Below the pieces are notes generated by a model. The model was given only the letters and a program-made list of their open reading frames with translations. It was not told where the DNA came from and did no database searches. Below, in pieces: positions 9,039 to 18,272 of a DNA stretch of 25,237 bases. The translations under genes and the position numbers were made by a program. This stretch comes from Fonticula alba ATCC 38817 (lineage: Eukaryota > Protista > Nucleariida): the NCBI GenBank assembly GCA_000388065.2, contig KB932203.1; one strand, given 5' to 3'. The first letter of the stretch is position 1. Each line of letters starts with the position of its first letter.

Positions 9039-11854
9039 ATGACCGACACATCCAGCCACCGGTACGGCGAGATGTCGTCGTCGTCGCGCTCCTCCGGCTC
9101 CGGTGCGCCCCCGCCCCTTCTCCCCCTCTCTCTCTTTCTTCCTGCCCCCTATGTCTACTATTCAGCATCTCACCGCGCCACTTGTGCTAACCCGTGTGTC
9201 CGGGTCCTCGCTGCCGCTTCTCGTTGGGCTGGCCATGGTCGATGCAGGCCGCGACCGCGAGCGCAGCGACCGTGACCGTGGTGACCGCGGCGACCGTGAC
9301 CGCGAACGCGACCGTGAGCGCGACCGCGATCGTGACCGTGACCGTGAGCGCGACCGTGAGCGCGACCGCGAACGCGACCGTGACCGTGAACGCGACCGCG
9401 ACCGTGAACGCGACCGCGACCGTGAGCGCGACCGTGATCGTGAGCGCGACCGTGAGCGCGACCGCGACCGCGGCCGCTCGTACGACAACGACGACCGCGA
9501 TCGGCGGGCTCGGTCGCGCTCGCGCTCGCCCACGCGCGACACCTACCACCGGCCTTCATCCATGGCTGGCAGTGGGTCCTCCTCGCGGCATCGGTCGTCT
9601 TCGCACACGCGTGGCCGGTCGCGCTCGCCGTCGTCCGCCACCGCTGCCACCACTCCGGGCGCCGAGTCCGGCATGCCGGACAGCCTGTGGGGCGTCCTGC
9701 CGATCGGCGTGCATGATGCCAGCATCCATGCCGATGCCTGGCTGGCCAGCTTCCAGGGGGACCTGTCGCACCTGCCCTCGGCCCTGGTGTCGCCACAGGA
9801 CTTCCCATCCCTGCTGCGCGGCGGCGGCCCCCATGGGATGGATCCATTGGCGGCGCATGCGGCCGCTGCGGCGGCCGCCGGGCACCCACTCCTGGCGGGC
9901 CAGCATCCGGGGGTGGGACTTGGGGGGCTTCCCCCGGGGGCGGCTTCGTCCATGGCGGCCGCCTATGGGATGGCCGGCATGCCGGTGGATCCGCTCATGA
10001 TGCCGTATGTGGCGGCGGCTGCAGCAGCCGCCGGCGGCCCCGGCATGATTCCCATGATGTCTCCCATGATGCTGGGGGCGACCATGCACCCTGGCCTGCC
10101 AGTTGGGGCCTACCCTGGCGGGCATTTGTCGGTGCCGTATGGCCACGGGATGGCCGGGCTCCCGCCCCCGCCACAGGGGATGCTTTTCCCCGGGGCTCCT
10201 GGCCGCGCTGGACTCGGGGGCGCCCCTCCTGGCGAACAACGCTTCCAGCGCCAGGCCAAGCGCATCCACGTTGGCAACCTCCCGCCCAACATCGAGCCGG
10301 TGCGTCAGCACGAGGGGCCCGGCAAGTCTTCATGCCGCGCCCTGTCTCTTGTGTGTGTGTGTGTGTGTGTGCCCCATCTCCAGCTGTCTGACCTTGGTGT
10401 GCCCTTTCTCCCCCTCCCCTGTCCGGCGTCTTGGATGGGTGTGCGCGGGGGCGGGGTGCCTTTCGCTGTTAGGCTCGCTTGGAGGACTTCTTCAACAAGG
10501 CGCTGGCCGAATTGCCAAATCCCCCTCCGGCCGTCAACGGGACTTATGTCATCAGCTCGCAACGGCCACTGGACAAGCAGTTTGCCTTTATTGAGGTATG
10601 CGTGCGCGTGGACCGGTGGATGGCTCTTTGTCCTTCTCCTCTTGCCGGTCCCCTGCTCAATCGCCAGACACTTGCCCGCTGACCTCCCCCCACCCTCTCC
10701 TCCACACCCGCCGCCTGGACGTGCTCAGTTCGCCACTCCCCAGATGGCAACCGCCTCGCTGAACCTCACCAATACGTTGATAGACAGTTACTCCATTCGA
10801 ATCAGCCGACCGAAGGAGTACCACGCCTTGGCCAGCCAGGGGCTGGCCACCGGGCCAGCTGCCGGGGCCGGCGGCCCGATCGGCTCCGGCACCGGGGCCG
10901 GGCCCTACGACTCGCCGGCCCCTGTGGCCCCGCCCGGCCCGGGCAAGCTCCACATCAATTCCATCCCCCGGACCATCGGCGAGAGCGAGCTCCGCACGGC
11001 CCTTGGAGCCCTGGGCCGGCTGCGGACCTTCAACCTGCCCATCAACCCGAGCAACAACTCCCACCGGGGCTTTGCCTTCGCGGAATTCGAGACCGAGGAG
11101 GAAACCCAGGCGGCCGCTCAGCGCATCAATTCGGCCCCCATCTTCGGGGCGCAGTTGTCGGCGGCTCCGGCCAATGGCCCGCTGCGGCCGGGGCCCGGGA
11201 TTTTGGGCCCCAGCGGTGTCGGGTCGGGGCTCGGTGTACCGGGAGCGTCGATCGGCGGGGTTGGCCCCGGCGGGGCCCCGGTTGTCACGTCCCAGTCACA
11301 TTCCGACCCGGGGTATGTCTCCACGGTGCTGGTCCTGGAAGATGTGCTGAGCAAGGAGGATCTGGACAACGAGGAGGAGTACAATGGTGCGTGCTTGGCC
11401 CCCGCCTGTGCCTCCCCGAACAGCGCACGCCGCATATGCACATGATGGGGGGGGGGGGGGAGGGGGGCTTATTCCAGGCTCCTTGGACAAAGGGGGTGCC
11501 TCGCGCGTGCTCTCACTCACACACGTACACACACACACACACACACGTACACACGCGCGCGCGCCTGCCGACACAGACATCGTGGCCCAGATCCGCGAGA
11601 AGTGCATGACCTACGGCTATGTGTCGAATGTGCTGATCCCCCGGTACCCGCCCTTTGGCTCGGAGGAGACGCTCGACCAGGTGGGCAAGATCTTCATCGA
11701 GTTTGCCAATGTTGAGGCGGCCCGCGAGGCTGGCGCGTCGCTATCAGAGATCCACTTCAACGAGAAGCGCATCATCACCTCCTTCCTGGACCCGGAGGAC
11801 TTCGTCAAGATCCGCAACGCGTTGTTGTCGCGCTCGCGCGGTCGGCAGATCTGA
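9039..11854 (+). CDS. U2AF2: U2 snRNP auxiliary factor large subunit (U2AF65-like), 5 exons
   Basis: Exons 9039-9102, 9248-10299, 10473-10595, 10729-11386 and 11577-11854, phases compatible. It has an N-terminal R-dipeptide domain. RRM1: AKRIHVGNLPP...LEDFFN...DKQFAFIEF...IRISRPKEY. RRM2: KLHINSIP...LRTFNL...RGFAFAEF. C-terminal UHM: VLVLEDVLSKEDLDNEEEYNDIVAQIREKCMTYGYVSNVLIPR...VGKIFIEF. The domain order and motifs match U2AF65. Confidence 0.93.
9250..9480 (+). repeat. Hexamer-based coding repeat (GACCGY/GAGCGC/GAACGC) encoding (RD/RE)n
   Basis: Visible tandem array translating to RDRERDRDRERD... in U2AF exon 2. Confidence 0.95.
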
Positions 11855-12451
11855 TGGCCGGCCCCGTCGCGGCGAGCAGGGCGAGCCTTGTCGACAGGGC
11901 AATGCCACACGAAGGGGANNNNNNNNNNNNNNNNNNNNNNNNNNNNNNNNNNNNNNNNNNNNNNNNNNNNNNNNNNNNNNNNNNNNNNNNNNNNNNNNNN
12001 NNNNNNNNNNNNNNNNNNNNNNNNNNNNNNNNNNNNNNNNNNNNNNNNNNNNNNNNNNNNNNNNNNNNNNNNNNNNNNNNNNNNNNNNNNNNNNNNNNNN
12101 NNNNNNNNNNNNNNNNNNNNNNNNNNNNNNNNNNNNNNNNNNNNNNNNNNNNNNNNNNNNNNNNNNNNNNNNNNNNNNNNNNNNNNNNNNNNNNNNNNNN
12201 NNNNNNNNNNNNNNNNNNNNNNNNNNNNNNNNNNNNNNNNNNNCCCCCCCGCCCACCCGGCACGATGCCTTTGGGCTGGCGGCCTGCATGCCGGGAATGC
12301 CGATCGTGCAGGCACACACCCACACCCACGCACAAACATCCCCCCTCCCCCGCTTCTCCTCCCTCTCCCCCTCTTCCCCTCAACAGGGGCCTGTCCTTTC
12401 CTTGCTTTCTTCTCCCCTCCCCCCCCCCTTCTTGCAACACGTTTGGGAAGC

Positions 12452-14592
12452 ATGGCAGCCCCCCCGGCCCGGCACCTGGACTTTGGCACCCTGGCCAGGC
12501 AGGGCCGCGCAGTGGATGACGGCTTGGTCCGGCTGCAGCGCCTGCTGGCATCGGCCGGTGATCCGGGCCTGGCATCGGCTCTCAGCTCCTCCTTCATGCC
12601 GACCGACCACGCTGATGCCGAACACCCGACGACACCGGCCACCGTGGCCACCGTGGCCACCGGCGATCCGGCGGCCGCTGTGCGCCAAGTGGCCGAGCAC
12701 CTGGAACGCTCGGGCAATGAAATGGCCAGCGAGCTGGGCCTGGCCCGACAGGCACTCGCCCGGGCGCAGCTTCGTGATCCCTTCCGGGCCGCATGCGACT
12801 TGAGCCGGGAACTGGCCGGCTGGATGCGTACTTGTGAGCAGCGTGTGGTCGCTTTCGGCTTTGAGGCGATCGGTGCGCACATGCATGGCCTCTTTGTGTG
12901 CGGGCGCCCGCCCTGTCCCTGGTGACTGACCTCCGCCCGCGGGGATACATGTTAGAACTGCCGGAAGTCCTATTTGTGGACCCCCTCACGTATGGTGCTG
13001 CCAACCGGGCGCATGCCTCCAAGATGGCACAGCCACATGCGGAGCCCGGGCTCTCCGCCACCGGGCCAGCCTCGGACTTGAGCCGGTCGCAGCTCGCATC
13101 CAGCCACCATGGGCTGACGGCTTTCAATCGGTCGCAGCTGAGCACCAGCCAGGGCCCCGGCTCCTTGGGGCCCAATTCGCACCTGAGCTCCAGCCAGCAT
13201 GTGGCCCAGGATCCCGATCGGTCGCACCTGGGCACCAGTCAGTATGGCGGCTCGGGGCTTTCTTCCCATCCACCAGCGATGGCCAGTCAGTCGCATGCGG
13301 CCGCGGTGCTCGGGCGCTCGCAGCTCGGCACCAGTCACGGCCCCTCGGCATCGGCGCACTCCCACATGGCGGCCAGTCGCCAGCATGATGTCGCGGACCT
13401 TTCGCGCTCGCACCAGGGCCCAAGCCAATGTGGCAGTTCGACCCGCGGGCGGTCGCACGCCGCTGGCCAGGCCACTCTCAAGTGCGAGCCCCATGCCACC
13501 GAGGGCCCGAGCTTCCAAATGCCCTCGGAATTCCTTTCCCGATCGCTCAACGGCCCGGAGCAGCCAAGCCTGGCCCCGGCACATGCCGCCACTCCGCGCA
13601 GTCAGTCCTTCCTGGCGGCCTCCGGCAGCATTCATCGGCCCACTCCGGGGCCCGGGCCCTCGCGTCCGGGTGAGCGCCCTTCACTGACGCTGGCCGACCT
13701 GGCCGGGCCCTCGCCCCCGCCCGCCGGGGCCGAAGAGGAAGCCGCGGAGGAGGCTCGCGCCGGTGCTCCGGGGTCCGACAGCCTGCGCAAGGTTGATCGC
13801 CCCTCCTTTTCGCAGTCCATGCGTGCTGGCAAGGCCTCCGCGTCGGCCGCCGATTCCCGAGACAGGGGCCTCCATGCCTCGGTAGGGTCTCTCTCCCGGT
13901 CCCTCGGTCTGAGCGGTGGTCCAGATGACCACCGGCCACGGCACGCTGACGCGTCGACCGTTAGCCGGCCCCCTGCGCTGCCTGTGCGGCCCCCGGCTCC
14001 GGGCCCCTCTCGGCCGGTCACTGCTCCGAGCATTCTGCTGGAGTCCCTGCCAGCCAGCCTGGTGTCCTCCCTCTCGCAGGTGGCACTGGCGGCCTTGCTG
14101 GACAACTCGACGCACGAGCTGGGCCGGTCCTTCGGCCAGGCGTCATCCAGCCGCCGGGCGTCGTTGGTGTCGGACTCGGGGTCCGGGCTGCCGGTCGTAG
14201 CCACTTCGAATTCGGCAGCTGAGGCGGCGATCGCAGTTGCCCCCTCGCCGGCACCCTCGCCGGCACCCTCTCGGGGCCCGTCTCCCGCCCCCCCCTCTCC
14301 GTCATCCCTCTCGGCCTCCTTTTCGACATCGGTAAACCGGTCGGCTGCCACCGGGGAGGGGGACTCTTTGGCGCCTGCGGCACCGCTGGCCGCTTCAGCC
14401 GTCCAAACTACCTCGCTCTCGTCGTCCCTCACAACTGTACGCACCTCCTCGGCTCGGTTCACCTTTTCACGATCGACATCGGAGAACAATGAGGCCCGGC
14501 CCTCTGCGCCGCAGGCCAGCCATCGGGTCGATTTGCAGCAACTCGGCCTGTCAGAGGAGTCGCTGCTTTTCCTCCAGCAGAACATGCCGTGA
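12452..14592 (+). CDS. Protein with a helical N-terminus and long S/P/A-rich disordered tail, tentatively Ska3-like; 2 exons
   Basis: Exon 1 12452-12872, donor GTGCGC, branch-like GACTGAC at 12924, acceptor TAG at 12955, exon 2 12956-14592; phase 1 matches. The gene model is solid. The Ska3 resemblance rests on short remembered motifs only (confidence about 0.3). Confidence 0.7.
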
Positions 14593-15181
14593 ACGCCAAT
14601 ATATGCCCCCACCTGTACATGAATGCGCATGCACACACGCACACACANNNNNNNNNNNNNNNNNNNNNNNNNNNNNNNNNNNNNNNNNNNNNNNNNNNNN
14701 NNNNNNNNNNNNNNNNNNNNNNNNNNNNNNNNNNNNNNNNNNNNNNNNNNNNNNNNNNNNNNNNNNNNNNNNNNNNNNNNNNNNNNNNNNNNNNNNNNNN
14801 NNNNNNNNNNNNNNNNNNNNNNNNNNNNNNNNNNNNNNNNNNNNNNNNNNNNNNNNNNNNNNNNNNNNNNNNNNNNNAAGGAAAGTACGCTCTACAAGGC
14901 TGACATTCGGCGCCACATCCGGGTGAGGCGGGAGACGGAAAGGCCCCCTATGCCTCTCTCGAGCCGGGAAGGACCACAATATGTGTGTGCATGTGCGCGT
15001 GTATGCATGCGTGTATGTGTATATGTGTGTGCGTGTGCTGTGCGAGGGTGTAACGACGACTGGTAGGGGGAGGGGGGGGGGAGATTCCCTCTTCTGCGCG
15101 ATTATCTGGGAGTTGAATCTCGCACAAGGGTCCATACAGGAGGGGGAGCACAGGTGGGCGACCATGCGCACACATTCACAT

Positions 15182-15185
<4 letters not shown>

Positions 15186-15220
<35 letters not shown>
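15186..15220. repeat. (CA)n microsatellite
   Basis: Read directly. Similar (CA)n/(GT)n runs occur at 1-16, 5218-5240, 10351-10370 and 11520-11555. Confidence 0.9.
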
Positions 15221-15226
<6 letters not shown>

Positions 15227-15564
15227 TACACACATCCACATGCAGACCTATGCACCCCTGCACGCATCAGAATGCGCAATTCAAAAGAGGCAACCGGGTG
15301 GTGGGAAATACAATACAAGTACAAGGAACGGGGGAAGGAGCGGCCAGAGGTGGGAGGGGAGGAGACGGAACAAGAGGGGAAGGAAAAGAGGAAGGAGGAC
15401 AGCCAAGAGCCAAGAGCCAGGAGCTGGAGCCAAGACCAGGACAAGGAAGGACCAACACAGAAGGAACATTGCCTGTCTTCCGTCCCGCATCAGGATGCAA
15501 AGGCCGACACATGTCACCAGCTGCCGGCCCTTGCGCTTCACACCCGGCAAGAGGGCGGCCGCTC

Positions 15565-18187
15565 TCAGGAGCTGGAGCCTTGCTCGGGCTCGACATTCAC
15601 CACATCCAAGGACCGAGCGAAAAGGGTTCGCAAAGGGACGTGGCACAGAGGGCACGAGGGAGGAGTGGGCTTGCCGCGCTCTGGGGGGACCAACACCGAC
15701 GCACAGCCCATGGTCAGCCACGGGTCGATGCAGTCACGGTGATACCGGTGGAAGCAGGGGAGGGTCCGAACGACATCGCCATCCTGGATCGAGGATCAGG
15801 CAGGGAGAACAAGGCATGGGGGGGGGNNNNNNNNNNNNNNNNNNNNNNNNNNNNNNNNNNNNNNNNNNNNNNNNNNNNNNNNNNNNNNNNNNNNNNNNNN
15901 NNNNNNNNNNNNNNNNNNNNNNNNNNNNNNNNNNNNNNNNNNNNNNNNNNNNNNNNNNNNNNNNNNNNNNNNNNNNNNNNNNNNNNNNNNNNNNNNNNNN
16001 NNNNNNNNNNNNNNNNNNNNNNNNNNNNNNNNNNNNNNNNNNNNNNNNNNNNNNNNNNNNNNNNNNNNNNNNNNNNNNNNNNNNNNNNNNNNNNNNNNNN
16101 NNNNNNNNNNNNNNNNNNNNNNNNNGGTCCATCTCCTTCTTCTTGGGGGCCTTAAGGGGCTTCTTCTTACCAGCTGAGAGAGCGCGCATACGAGAGGGGA
16201 GGGGGTGATGCATGTGTGAGACATTGGAAGCGAGGGCGGGGAGGGGCACGTACGTCGAAAGTCCACCGGCACACTTGGCACATGTCAATCTCCTCGGTGA
16301 CATGCTCGCTGGTGGGACCGGCCCCGGCACCGCCGCACGTGCAAACCGTCGTCGCGTCGGAGTCCGTGGTGGCCATGGTTGCCATGGCTTGGCAGGCACC
16401 GCATGGAGCCGCTCCCCGACTGGGAGCCGAGTACAATGACAATGGCAGCGCATACAGCAGCTGGTCGATGTTCTTGTCCAGCCCCTCCAGGTCTAGTGTC
16501 TCCGGGGCCAGGTACTCCGAATCTTCGGAGTCCGAGTCACTGTAGAACAGCTGGTCCAGGTAGTCCTGGTCCAAGTCACTGGAGTTGTTCGGGTCCGTGG
16601 CGAAGGAGCTGTCACCCAAGCCGGAGCTGCTCGAGTCATCCTCGGTTCCGGTTGTGCGCAGCAAGAGCCCGCTGGCGTCCGGAGGCGAGAGAGGCCGGGC
16701 CCCAGGGTGGGACCCGGACCGGCTACCATCGACTACCAGCAGGCTGGAATCGCTTCGAGCAAAGGCGGAATTCCGCACCTGGCCAAGAGGCCGGGAACGG
16801 CTGGGGGACTGCAGGAGAGAGAGAGAGAGGGAGGGAGAAGGAGAGAGAGAGAGAGAGAGGGAGGGAGAAGGAGAGAGAGAGAGAGAGAGAGGGAGGGAGA
16901 AGGAGAGAGAGAGAGGGGGGGGAGGGAGAAGGAGAGAGGGGGAGGGAGAAGGAGAGAAGGGGAGAGAAGAGAAGGAGAGAGAAGAGAAGGAGAGAGAGGA
17001 GAAGGAAACAGAGAGAGAGAGAGAGAGAGATGGGAACGAAGATCAGCATGATGCTAAACCACAAGAAAGGGAGGGAGGCAGACAGCAACAAGCCACACAA
17101 TCGACGGAGAATGAATACGTACACTCAGGCTGGATGACCCGCCGATGGGCTGACTCGGGGCGCGGGGACGGCTGCCACCGATATTCCCATCGGCCGAGGC
17201 CCAAGAGGCCCTATTCGGGCCGGTATGGCTGCCGGTTGCTGACAGCGAATGGGCCGAGCTGGCCGACGAGACGGACCCCGATGAGAAGGCCGGGCTCCCA
17301 GGCCGGCGGCTACCGCCACGCAGCCGGCGCAGATTCAGCGACAACGAGTGCCGGCCGATGCGCGAGCGCGAGCGAGCACGCGGCGCCCCGCCCTCCGCCT
17401 CAGGGGCACCGCCGGCCCCGGGGCCGCTGGTGGTGGCGGTCGCGGTCGCGGCGCCGGCCGAGGAGGTTGAAGGAGTCCGCCCAGCAGGGCCCGGCCGTCC
17501 GGTGGACCGGGTCCGGCGCGCCGGCTTCACCGGATAACTGAAGGGGTCTTCATCCTGATCGGCGGCAGGGCCACCGCCTGGGCCACGTCCCGAGCCGGAG
17601 CCCTGGTCCGCAGTGCGCCCAGAGTCCGAGGCCTGGACTTCCGAGCCGGAGGCAATTTGCAGCAGCGGGTCGTCCGGACGCACCACCGAATCCAGATTAA
17701 TCTGCGCGGCGGCGGAATCATCATCCCCGGCCGACATGAGGGCCATCTGCAAACGCCGAGCCAGCTCGAAGTCGGCGGCCTCGCGGCGCTGGCGCTCGGC
17801 CCGCTCGGCAGCCTCCTGCCGCGCGGTGATGGCCTGCTCCGACTCGCTGGACGACCCTGTGACATTCGCCGGGTCAGCCTCAAGCCCGGCATCCTGCAGC
17901 AGCAGCGGTGACAGGGGCGGCGGAGCGTCCCGCGCCGCGTGTTCCATGGCCGTGGCCAGGTCCGGGGCGGTTTCATACTCGAACACCAATGCAAAGCCGG
18001 CCGGATACCGCGGGTCGGCGGCCGACTTGTCGATGGCTTCGCGTCCGATGCGCAACGATGAGAAGGCAGGATCAAAGAAACCTGCAGACCGCATGTACGA
18101 TGGCCCAGGCGTAGGGAAGGGGGGAGGGGAGGACAGAGAGAGAGGCAGGGAGAGAGAGGCAGAGAGAGAGAGNNNNNNNNNNNNNNN

Positions 18188-18272
<85 letters not shown>

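Noticed and set aside
9162-9542. Minus-strand ORF with a long (RS)n tract resembling an SR protein
   Set aside because: It is the antisense reading of the (RD/RE)n repeat of U2AF65. It has no RRM and no splice context.
9103-11445. The 780-aa ORF as a single-exon protein
   Set aside because: It reads through introns (for example VCVCVCV at about 10350). The spliced model restores intact RRM1 and UHM.
3618-11854. Functional cluster of splicing genes (Cwc23-like DnaJ near U2AF65)
   Set aside because: The DnaJ subfamily cannot be assigned from 50 aa, and two neighbours do not show clustering.
11617-12925. Long ORFs containing X runs (also around 14.6-14.9 kb, 15.8-16.1 kb and 20.5-20.75 kb)
   Set aside because: These are artefacts of translating through N-gaps.
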